From Felis catus (Eukaryota), in assembly GCF_018350175.1 (NCBI RefSeq), contig NC_058383.1:26600001-26664000 (forward strand): 64,000 nt of DNA. Reading direction: 5' to 3'. Under the pieces are notes generated by a model. That model saw only the letters and a list, made by a program, of their open reading frames with translations, was not told the DNA's origin and did not search any database. The position numbers were made by a program, and so were the translations under genes. Below, piece by piece: positions 1-37,800 of the stretch (positions are counted from its first letter, which is position 1; every line of letters begins with the position of its first letter).

Positions 1-545
1 ATGGGTGTGAAGTGGTATCTGCTTGTGGTTTTGACTCGCATCTCCCTAACGACCAGTGATGTTGAGCCTCTTTTCATGTGCCTTTTGATCATTTGAATAG
101 CTTCTTTGGAGAAATGTCTATTCAAATCTTTTGCTCAGTTTTGAATTTGGGTTGTTGGGAATTTTTTTTGTCATTTTAGGAGTTCTCTCTGTAATTCTCA
201 ATATTAACCCCCTTTCACATGTATGATTTGCAAATATTTTCTCCCCTTTTGCGCGTTCTTTTCAGTCTCTTAATAGTATCTTTTGATGCACGTAAGTGGA
301 GTTTGATATAGTAGCCCGGTTTTTCTGTTTTGCCTTTTGTTGAGAAATTGTTGCCAAATCCAGCGGCCAGAAGCCTTTCCTCTACATTTTTTTTACCTAA
401 GAGTTTTAAAGTCTTAGCTCTTAAGGTCTTTGATCCATTTTGAGTTATTTTTTCGCATGTCGTATAAGGAAGGTAAGGGTCTGGCTTCATTCTTTTGCAA
501 GTGGATGTCCAGTTTTCCCAGTACCAGTTGTTGAAAAAAGCTTCC
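1..545 (-). mobile_element. Old LINE-1 fragment (ORF2 3' region, antisense)
   Basis: Typical antisense L1 phrases such as gtggtatct...gtggttttg, tctttggagaaatgtctattca and tccagttttcccagtaccagttgttgaa. Confidence 0.8.
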
Positions 546-629
546 TCTTTCATGTGCTGGATATTTTACAGTGCTGTGTTAGTAAGTTATTTTGCCAGTA
601 TTTTATTTATTTAGCTTACTCTCTGATAG

Positions 630-27299
<26,670 letters not shown>

Positions 27300-30200
27300 A
27301 TGGCAAGACAGTAGATGAGTCTGGTTAAGCGAGGTCAGACATCCACCAGAATCAACTCAGCCTCAGGCATCCAAAGCCACACCACAGTCGGTGGTGATGC
27401 AACTGGGGGCTTACTCTGAGGAAACCTAGGAAATCTCGGGGCGCTAGGAAGTGAATCCTGCAGGACAGCTGCACTCAGGGATACGCCCAACACCATGGCC
27501 TGCAACCCCAGGGTCAAGGGTGAAAGAAAGAAAGCTCACCGCCTGAACATGGAGATTGTCTTTCTGCCACAGAACAGCTGCAAACGTGTCAGGAGGTTAG
27601 CTGCAGAAAGAAATCGGGATGCCGCGGAGCACAGAGTGATTTGGAACTCCATTCCACCTGACCCTGTGTGTACAATCCAGGAAAAAACAAACCCCGCTCA
27701 GAAACAGAGAAGACTGGGGCCGCGAAGAAATCACAGCCAAGGAAGATTTGATGCATTCAGATTCTCGTGTAACACTTGTTGCTTGGCAACAGTACTGGTT
27801 GGGTTGACCAGTAGGCACAAAAAGGCTATGCGATAAGAATTTCAGAAATGGACTGGAAATGGAGAGCTATGTAACAGATACACTACATTGGAAGAACTTA
27901 CTTCTGAAATGAAGGGGAAAAAAAAACTACCCATCGTCCTGTCCTCCTCCCCCAACCCCACACCATCTACCCATCCTCCTTTTACCTGATCTAGTAGATT
28001 AGCCATCTTTCAAATTTACTTTTATTTCAATCCTTACATTTCATATACTTCCGTCTCGATGCTGTTAACAACCTATTTGGAGTGATAAACAGGAATTTCT
28101 CCAAAACCACTGATAACATGGAAAATTCAAGGATTGTTTAAAGGTCTGATGATCACATACAAAATGTAATCCTGGTTATTTAAGTCATTTCTGTGATTCT
28201 ATCATGTACAGTTTCCAGAATTGTTACTGTGCATTCAAAAGTAATGAATCTAACAGACATTTGATTTAATGTACACTCCCCTTTGCTTATAGTGTGCATT
28301 TTTGGGGAGGTCATTCAAATTTTCCCTCTTCTGTGATTGCTGTAGTTTCTTTCATAGAAAGTAGCTAATCCAATGTAATCTTTTACCTTTTTAAAAACCA
28401 GGATAGAGTACCCATTAGAGTTTTACATTGTTGATGACAGATTAACAATAAAGTGATGTTCTGGTGGAGGTAGAGTGAAATGTTTTTTAATTCAGTTTTC
28501 TCATTTGATACTTTTAATTTACAAAGTGTAAATTAAAAGTGCTTTGGTTTACCTGGCATTTTAGGACATGTACATGAAACATCAGCAAATAAGAACCACC
28601 GCCATCGTTTATTAAGTTCAGTTATTAATCTGTGAAGTCCTTTACTTTTTGCACAATTTTAATAGTTTGCTGTGAATTCATGATCAAGGTTTCCTTAAAT
28701 TTAGTGTTGCATTTCAGTACTGTAAGCTGAATTGTTGATCCACAATAAAACACAGACTAGGATAGGATTCTTAAAATCACGTATCAACACAAAATAGAAC
28801 ACAAAATCTTGATTGAATACATTTTTCCTGCATTTTAGAGATTAGGACTGTGATCATTTCTGGTCGCCGGTCTTCACAGACAAACTTGAAGGGTATTAAG
28901 GAAAAATTCCACGTAGCTCTGGCCTTTTCTGTATTCTGATTGCCACCTTAATCTATAATCCTTAGGTACCCGTGAGAGAATGCATCTCAGGATCAGTGCT
29001 TTTTTTAATACTTAGGCAAGTATTGCAAGCAAGGTGGTATTTTCAAATACCCATGTGTCCAATAGCCAGTTAAGGAACCTAGTGCATCAAATTTTATTTT
29101 CTTCATTCATTTGGACCTTATTTTCACAATCGAAACAACCTATCTGGAATAATGATGCCATATTGTGTTTTGCACGCTGCTTTATTTCCTCGAGGCTCTG
29201 TGGGAGCTGCCGCGTCCATCACCTGATTACCTCTGCTCTCTCAAAAGTAAAGTCTTTCCGGCGACATTCTTTGTTGTCACAAGGGAAAACTTTTATCACA
29301 GTGATAAAACAAGGTCACACTAGTTTGTCCCGACAGAAATTGCTTTTTTTTTAGGTAAGGAAGGTAAAGGAAATAGGTGGGTTTTATTGCCTGAGAATTT
29401 CAGGCTTCAGAGGTACCTGGCACCTTATCCGAGCAAAAACAAAACAGCTTTATATCAGAAACATGTGCCTCTGATAAATTATCCATCGCTTTTATTTTAA
29501 AATGGTCCCTCTGAGAAGAAATAGTGTGGCATCATACATGTTTGGTTGTGGGGCAGATGTGACCGATGACTTCAAAGCTTGCTCTTTACTGCACTCTGCA
29601 TAATAAGACCCTGATCTGTACAGTTTGCCTTCGTCTGGGAAGTCTTTCTGTAAGCAGCCTTGGCTTTTTGAACCGTTGGAAGCAAACTCAGCAGATGTAA
29701 TCCGTGGTGAAAGGCCCTAGTGATGGAGCAGACTGAGAAGCCAGCGCAATACTGGGGGGATTGTTTTGTAAGATAAAGTTGAGAGTGCGGTAGTTGTGAA
29801 GTCACATGTCTTTGCTGATACAGAATACCTGTGGACAACCAGGGATCTGCTCCTCTCTTTTCCTTTCTCTCCAAGATTCAGGGGGTATACAATAACCTAC
29901 AACCTCTTCTTCCATTCAAAGTACCCTTGGAAATTGAAGTTGATCGTAAGTGTTTTGTTGTCTTTGATTTTCTAAAATTGCCTGAATTTTAGTTGATATC
30001 TCTACAGAGCTGTGGAGGCTTAGTGGTTTACGGAGCTGTGTGTATTTCTCGTTTAGTCTTTCTTCGCTGTGTCTTGCAGGATCTCATTCTCTCTGGTCAT
30101 GAGTTAACATAGTTTGCTAGGATTATTGAGATTCTTTTGCGTCTGGCACTTGTGGTGAGTGTTTTTGAGATACGTGAGATTTCTCTGTGTGAACTGATAA

Positions 30201-31765
30201 TCAAGCTCTTGATCTGCTTCCCTAATTTTTTTTTTTTTTTTTTAAGAGCCCAAACCCCAAGTTCAGGGTGAGGGTTTGTAATACAAAGAAAAACTTTCGT
30301 AACTTCTGCCCTTAACACTTGCCACTATGAAGCTTAGTGTGTAGTTTTTCTTAATACTGTCCGTGTTTGGTGTCTTCTGCATTGTTTTTGTTTTTTAATT
30401 GTGGTTGTTCTGACGTGTGAAATTTAAGGAAAGAGCCATTAAAAAATGCCGAGCAGGGCAATGCAAGTACAGCCAAAAATATTAGAGTTGATGTGCAATC
30501 TTAGGTCCTTTTAAATCTGGGGTATTATAGGCAGTACTTTAAATTGAAAAGTCTTCCTGGCCTATTATCCTCCACATATTTGTAATTATTCTGGGGGCTT
30601 ACTTGTTTTGGCAGTATTAAAATCAAAGGGGCTGGTTCTTCTTTTACCTAATTCTTTTCATATGAAAGGAAGCACCTACAATTAGCCTGTTAGACCGATT
30701 CATATACATCAAAAATCAGCAAATGCTTTACTGTTAGCGCACATACCTTTGTTTTACATAAGATTAGATGAATGTGAAAAACAGTGACCTTCCATGCTCT
30801 ATCATCGTGGGCTTGTAAAATGTAATTTAGAGCTAGGACTTTCCCCCCTTAAATCAGGGAGGTAGACTATAGTAATGTAAGGGTCACTTAAAGAAGGTAG
30901 ATTTTGTTTTCAATGTATGGGTTGTATTAGAAATTTTCCTCCTGTGGGGAAAAGCTAGCTTAGGGTTACACGTTTTTCCAAACATTGCAGAAGGGGGAGT
31001 CCCCTGTATTATGAACCCCTCAGGATTTGTTGCACTTTTCCTGCTTTTTAGGCCTGAGTAACATCACCACCATCCCTTATTTACAAAAAGGCAAATGGAC
31101 TCCCAATTGAGAAGCTTTACAGGTTAAGGGTTAGTTGTACAACATGAACCAACTCAGAGTCCCTTGCTTTCTGCGGGAAATTGGGCTTACTAGGGAAAAG
31201 CTGTTTGTTGTGCTAATGTAAAAATGTCATACAATTAGTTTGATTTTTGAAGATGGTAAACTTAAGGAATTGCATGTTCTCCTGAAATGCAGGCTTGTAG
31301 AATGTTTTTCTTTCAAAACAGGCTGATTTTTTTTTCTTTTCTCTGCCTGACAGTCCAAGTTTCAGCTCCTGTTTAAAGTTGTTGTGTCAGTTATTTTCCT
31401 GTTTTAAATTTCTCTTATATTTCCACCTGTAATGTCAGTGGCAACATCATACTTCATTTGTTAATTTACTTTACCCTTATAAGAGCAAATTGAGTTTAAA
31501 TGAATCTTCCTTGTCCTAGTAACATTGTATAAATAAAGTGGCTTCTCTGTACAAAAGGTTGTAATGCCTCCTGATGGATATAATTTTGTGATTGTATTTA
31601 AGATTAAAAGTTGAATAAATCACACCAGCTTCCTGAAAATGTTCATAATGCATCTTTTGGAAAACAAAAATACATGCCTACTTTGTGCATATTTGCATTA
31701 ACACAGCAAAGATTGTATGAAATACCTGTTTTTCAGAAAATAAAGTCTTAAAGAAAGACATAGCA
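27300..31765 (+). other. SMG1: SMG1 long 3' UTR (~4.4 kb; 3' end inferred)
   Basis: Unique AU-rich sequence after the stop with no recognisable SINE, ending in an AATAAA cluster. Confidence 0.8.
31532..31744 (+). terminator. SMG1 distal polyadenylation signal cluster
   Basis: AATAAA at 31532, 31614 and 31739; ATTAAA at 31603. Confidence 0.7.
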
Positions 31766-31834
31766 TTTAAGCTCTGGATTTATTGGTTGAAGTAAGTTTC
31801 AGAAAGCTTACTTTTTCAGTATGGTTAGAGGTTT

Positions 31835-31945
31835 TGGTTTTGTTTTTTAAAGATTTTGTTTTTAAGTAATCTCTATATCCAGCGTGGGGCTTGAATTTAA
31901 CCCTGAGGTCAAGAGTCACATTCTCTGCCTGAGCCAGGTGGGTGG
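31835..31945 (-). mobile_element. Short diverged Can-SINE just past the SMG1 3' end
   Basis: tttaagtaatctcta...gtggggcttgaa...gtcaagagtcaca pattern. Confidence 0.75.
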
Positions 31946-33619
31946 ACCTCAAAGTAATTTTTTAATCGTCAAAGTATATTTTTGAGCAGCAGCTAAAATT
32001 TTACTTCTGTGGGTAAGTTCTAGTATCAAGGTATAATTTAATCAGCTTGTCATTATTTAAAAACAAAACTATAGCACATTTTTAATATGTATATTCCCTG
32101 GGGTATGAAAGCTCATAGAATGAAAATGTCTGGCTTGTTTCAGTATCTGGAAATGAGATTGCATTTTGTTCTTGCCAGTTCATTTTAAGAGGATTTATGT
32201 GAACCGTGTCATCATTGGGCACATCCTATTTTTGTTGTATAAAAGATCACATCCTATTTTTGTTGTATAAAAACAAAGGGCAAAAGAAAGCCCTTGAGGG
32301 TAGGTGTTTTTTAATGATTAGGCCAACTGGAAGTTTACAGAAAGACCTTACAGCAGGGCTTCTGTGCTGTGAAGCTGCCAATAGGTCTGGGACCTCATTC
32401 CTTGAGTAACAAAAGTAACTGGGGACTGGGGCAACCTGTGCTGTTGGAGGTGCTTCCGTTTTTTTCACCTACCTCAGTTTCGCAAGCTGGTGTTGAAGTT
32501 GTACATAGGGAACTTGGCTGAATCAGACGCATTTTGTAGCAGAGGGTGATTTCCCAGAGTAGAAGTGTCATTTTTAAAGCATAATAATTCTGTGGCTTCT
32601 CCTTTGGATGCGGATGTTACCGTGTCTAGATCAATATTTTGCACACAGTGCTAAATATATTCACTAATTATGTGGCTACTGATAGGGACCTTTTAATGTC
32701 CTTTTGAAGAGGTAGGCAAGGGCCTGCTCCTCAAACTTCATAGCTTAAAATCTCCCCAAATGGGATCTCTATCAGCCGGCTCCATCTTACCCACAAAACC
32801 GATCCCCACTCCAACATTCCGCAAAGTGGCACATATATTTAAGAGTCCCCCTTCCTTTGTAAACGGTTACTTCCCCCCAAGTATTTATACCTCATCCAGA
32901 TCCTCCCCCCCCCCCCCCCGCCCTCCCCCCACCTCTCCCGCCCCAAAGATTTGTGGTAATTCACACCCTTCCATGAAATTCACAATGCTCCTTTCCCCAC
33001 TGGCTTGTTCTCTCACATCTCTTTATGCCTTCCCTGAACGCTTAGGAACCTGGTAGTTATTTAAGTAATACTTTTAAAATAAATTTAAACTTGTGGCATA
33101 ATACAGGTGATTATAAAAGGATAAAAGGTTGTAAGTTAAAAGCTACGGTAAAGTTTCCTGAAACCTATCTGACCAGGTCCACATCTGGCATAGTTTTGTT
33201 CCTATTAATAAAAAATCAAGCACTTAATGCATTTTGCAATCCTGCAGAGAAAAGAGGTGGAAGTTATTTATCTAGTAAGTAGAGTATCTATCTAGTAGTT
33301 CATCTAGTTCTTAAATTGCTTATGAATTCCACTGCTTAGCAGACGGTTTATTTAACATCTTTCCTTGGCATGACCCTTGATGGAGAAGGAGTTCCTGGTT
33401 CCCTAAGTAACTGAAACGCCCTGCCCCACAAAGGATTTTCCTGAAGACCCAGTAAGCCAACTTCGTAACTTGGTGCATTTTTCACAAGTTTGAGAACTAA
33501 ACCCAGAATCCGCCCCCTCCCCTCGTCCTTCCTCCATCAAGCTATAGGCCTTACTCTTAACTGATGGGAAAAACTGCTACAAATTTACATAAACAGCTCT
33601 TTTACTTGTGCTCAAAATC

Positions 33620-34800
33620 TCCTGGGGCGGGCACGAGTCTCCGAGACTCAGGGGCCTGGGTGGGGCGGCCAGAGCAGGGATTAGAAGACAGGGCCGTGCA
33701 GGGCCACAGCGAGGGCGACGGGCACCGGGCCTCTAAATCACAGCGAGGTTAGTGTCACGCGCCCGCCTCCGCCCTCCGCCCCCCGCCTGATAATGCAAGT
33801 CCAACTTCTTCAAGGACTAAAATTCCAGCAAGGCCCCTTAGCTGCTTTGAACTCCAGTAGGGGGGGGTCCGAGAGCGACCACGGCGGCCACACCCGCTCC
33901 GTCCGCTGACAGACCGAGCAGGAGGATGCGGCAGTTCAACCGCTACCCAAAGGCCTGGGCGGGGCGTCATGCGGCTCCTGGGCGCTGGTTGGTCATTCCT
34001 TGTCCCCGCCCCCTCGGCCCTGCGCCGCCTCGGTGTCCTTTGACCTCGATTTCAAGCCATGCGCTGAGCAGCGGTTGGTCCGGCTACCCTTAAACTTGAG
34101 TTGAATCCACCCAATGAGGAGCGGGCCTTGCGGGGACTGTCGGGAAAGGGGGCTGGCCTATATAAGTGGCCTGCGGGGCGTACCCTCGCGTTGGGGTCGC
34201 CGTGCAGGGCTCTGCGGAAGACTCGTTGGGAGAGTGGGCTGTGTTCGCTAAGGCAGCGCCTCAGGGACGATGGCGGAGGGAGACAATCGCAGCACCAACC
34301 TGCTGGTGAGTCGAGGGGGAGCCGAGCAGGGCCTCCGGACATCGGTTGGCTTCGCCAGGCGGTGCTGCGGCCTCGTTCCTATGCCCTGTAGCGGGCCCCG
34401 CCCTCCTCTCCCGGTTCCCGGGCGCAGACGACGCCGCCTGCCCCTTGGGCCTCTTAGGTAGCTCCAGTGTGGCGGTCGCTAGATGTATCGACCCCTAACA
34501 TCCCGGGGAGGGTACGCGACGGGGGGAGGAGGGCGCGTGATCAGGCACCGCGAGTGATCACCGCGAATAGGGGATGAAGAGGAAGTGGGAGTAGGAGGGC
34601 TTTGATAAACCTGGGGTGCAGCCTGGGACAGAGGGCCGCGAGTGGCCTGTCGAGAGCTTCTCAGTCCCAGGTCCCCAGTCGTATCTGGGTTTCGTTCTTT
34701 TCTCCGCCCCCCACCCCCCCAATACTTGGGCAGAGGTGGAGGGTCAAGGGGCTGCTGGCGAGAATTTATTAGAGCTGGCACAGCTTAAACCGCAAGGAGG
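33620..34800 (+). promoter_or_regulatory. ARL6IP1 CpG-island promoter with GC boxes, CCAAT and TATA
   Basis: CpG-dense; GGGCGGGG near 33957 and CCCCGCCCCC near 34004; CCAAT 34111-34115; TATATAA 34159-34165, about 110 nt upstream of the ATG. Confidence 0.88.
34270..34305 (+). CDS. ARL6IP1: ARL6IP1 exon 1 coding part (MAEGDNRSTNLL)
   Basis: Kozak acgATGG; CTG|gtgagt donor. Confidence 0.96.
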
Positions 34801-37800
34801 CTCTGAGCTCACCGCGGGGAACCGGGACTAGGAGACCAGCAAGGTGGATAGTGGGAGGACCTGGCTTTCGTCTGGAGTTTGTAAGGGGTGTGTGTGTGTC
34901 ACAGGACGACCTTAGAATAAGCAGGGGTCCGAAGGAACTGCAGTGACGTTATCACAGGCGGACAGAGTCAACCTCACTACAAGTTTCACGGCATGATCTG
35001 GCAAAAACAAACAAAAAAACACGGGAGAAATCCTTGCTTCGTCTCCGTCGCTTTTCCCCAAGGAAAGACCGGACACACACCACGACCACAATGAATAGAG
35101 GAACCAAAGAATTTAGTGTTTGACGATTGATTTTTCCAAGAGCCCAGATGCTAACTAATTAAATGACTTTGCAGAGCAGTTTTGATTGTGCACGATTTTC
35201 ATCTTGCGTTGGTTTTTAGAAATGCATGACCTACTCCTTTAAACGCACACACTTCTCAATAGTTGGCATAGTTAGCCCCAGCCAGGTTCCATTTAAGAGG
35301 ATTGATTGAAGCACAAAGAAATTGCCCAGATTCACACAGCTTACTGAAACGACAGATCCTGCTTGACCTGGAGCTTAACTGTTCTTTCCAGCAGAGCAGC
35401 GTAACTTGAGAACAAGGCCTTGCATTTCCTCAATTCAGATCTCTTAACCTCTGCGTATCTGATAGTGTAACAATACCATCCTTTTAGCTTGTTGGGAGGA
35501 TGAATTAAAGCATAAGTATATAAAATACTTGAGTTTGTGGCACATAGTAATCCCGTGTTTAACTGTGTTAAGCAGGATATACAAAGTCAGAAATGTGAAA
35601 GTCACCTAAGTGATGAGTGTGGCACAGATAGCATGTTTATTATGATTAGGCTGCATTTGCATCTTTCCCTGTGATAACATTTATAAGAACATGTGGGTTT
35701 CTTGTTTCATTTATTTTTCCTGTACCAAAACCAGTTTAAGGGCTTTTTACCACATTAGCTTATCCTAAAAGCCTACTTCGCAGAGAAATTTGAAGTCTCA
35801 CCAGATGTCCTGGTAAGTGTAAGAAGCACTCCGTGTATTGAGATATATTGAGCTTAAGATGCCTCATGTAATTTGGTGAAAGTAGTTTGACTTAATTGTG
35901 CAAATGATGCCAGCATCGAAATGATTCCATTACACAAAGCTATTTTAAAAATTGAATGCTGTTCAGGGAGAGGCTTTCCTAATGGCTTTAGAAGTAGGGG
36001 TATAAATCAGTGAAATGACAAAACAACAGATCTGTTCTAACCACCCGAAAAATGAGTGAACTTAATGTGATTTAATTTTATATTTTGAGGGCTGCCACTT
36101 AGTAGTCCATGACTTTGAGAAAGCTAGTTACCATTCTGAGCCCACTTTCTTTAATTGTTAAATGAGTCTAATTATCCCCACCTTGAGGGGCTTTATAGGA
36201 ATTATGTCACATTCTTTATGAAAAGAGTAGCCCAGTGCCTGGACTTGGAAGTTGACCACTGAACGATAGGTGGGGTTTGTTTGTTTTTTTACTCGTAATT
36301 AATTTCTGTCTTTGATACCAAAATGGCAGAGTGTTTTAGAAACTGATTTTTTTTTTTTTTAATTTTTTTTTTCAACGTTTATTTATTTTTGGGACAGAGA
36401 CAGAGCATGAATGGGGGAGGGGCAGAGAGAGAGGGAGACACAGAATCGGAAACAGGCTCCAGGCTCTGAGCCATCAGCCCAGAGCCTGACGCGGGGCTCG
36501 AACTCACGGACCGCGAGATCGTGACCTGGCTGAAGTCGGACGCTTAACCGACTGCGCCACCCAGGCGCCCCTAGAAACTGATTTAAGATAATGATTTGGT
36601 TAAGAGCTGTTTTACATTCTTGGTGCCTTAAAAATAATTTACCTCTTAAGGAAGCACAGAGATGCCGAAAGCAGTAAAATGATCACTTTACACGTTGATC
36701 TTCTCTGCAGGCCGCAGAGACTGCAAGTCTGGAAGAGCAGCTTCAAGGATGGGGAGAAGTGATGCTGATGGCTGATAAAGTCCTCAGATGGGAAAGAGCC
36801 TGGTTTCCACCTGCCATCATGGGTGTGGTTTCTTTGGTGTTTCTGTAAGTGAGCTCTTAAATTAATATGGATTGTACTTGTTATTAATAAGGGCTCAGGT
36901 AATACCCGGCCTCCATTTTTGAAAGTGCCTTAAGTCTTTTGTATTGTGTAATCTGTAAAGAATGCGTTTTCTTAAAGCACTTCCCCTAGTTTTCAGAATT
37001 TATAGTACTTATGTAAGCTCGGTCACCTAATGCAGTTGAAAAAATCAGTGGCGCTCACCCTTTTTGGTCTTAGGATCCTTTACACTCCTAAAAGGTATTG
37101 AGGGCCCCAGGGAGCTTTTGTCTCGATATTCACATTAACCATTGCAGCTATGATGTCATGTATTCTGAGGCTTCTCGGAAAACCACTTGTGAGAAACTTA
37201 GAAGGAAGAGGGCAGATAACATCTTTAAGACTCAAAGGATTAAATGAATAAATGTCTTCAACTAGGAATAATAATGACTGTGTTTTTCTAACCTTCATTA
37301 TTATTATTTTTTAAACAGGACTATCTACTATCTAGATCCATCTGTTCTGTCTGGTGTTTCCTGTTTTGTTATGTTTTTGTGCTTGGCTGACTACCTTGTT
37401 CCCATTCTGGCTCCTAGAATTTTTGGCTCCAATAAATGGTAGGTGGCTTAATGACTTGGCAGTCTAATTTCTGTGAAGTTACTGAACCTGGTGGCTGTGA
37501 TTACTATGCAGCGAGAATTGTCTAATCATCAGATACCTAGAGGTTAGGATTGTTGCTTTTACGTGAAGAATTTCTTAGGTGATGCATATAAATCATGAAT
37601 TTTCAGTATTTACAGTTCCATAGTTCCTTTATGGGCTAGCATTTATTTTGGCTTTTTTTTTTTTTTCTTTATAGACCTTTTATTAAAGTGATATTTTTTG
37701 AGGTAATGTTTTCTCAAATACTGCAGAACTCATAATGAACTTTCTGTAGAAATTGTTTACATTTTACATTCATTTTCTTTGATATTTAAGATAGTATATT

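Noticed and set aside
215..553. 112-aa minus-strand ORF
   Set aside because: Lies in a decayed L1 fragment; not an independent gene.
33564..34831. Multiple ORFs around the ARL6IP1 promoter
   Set aside because: Stop-poor CpG-island sequence; only 34270-34305 is a supported exon.
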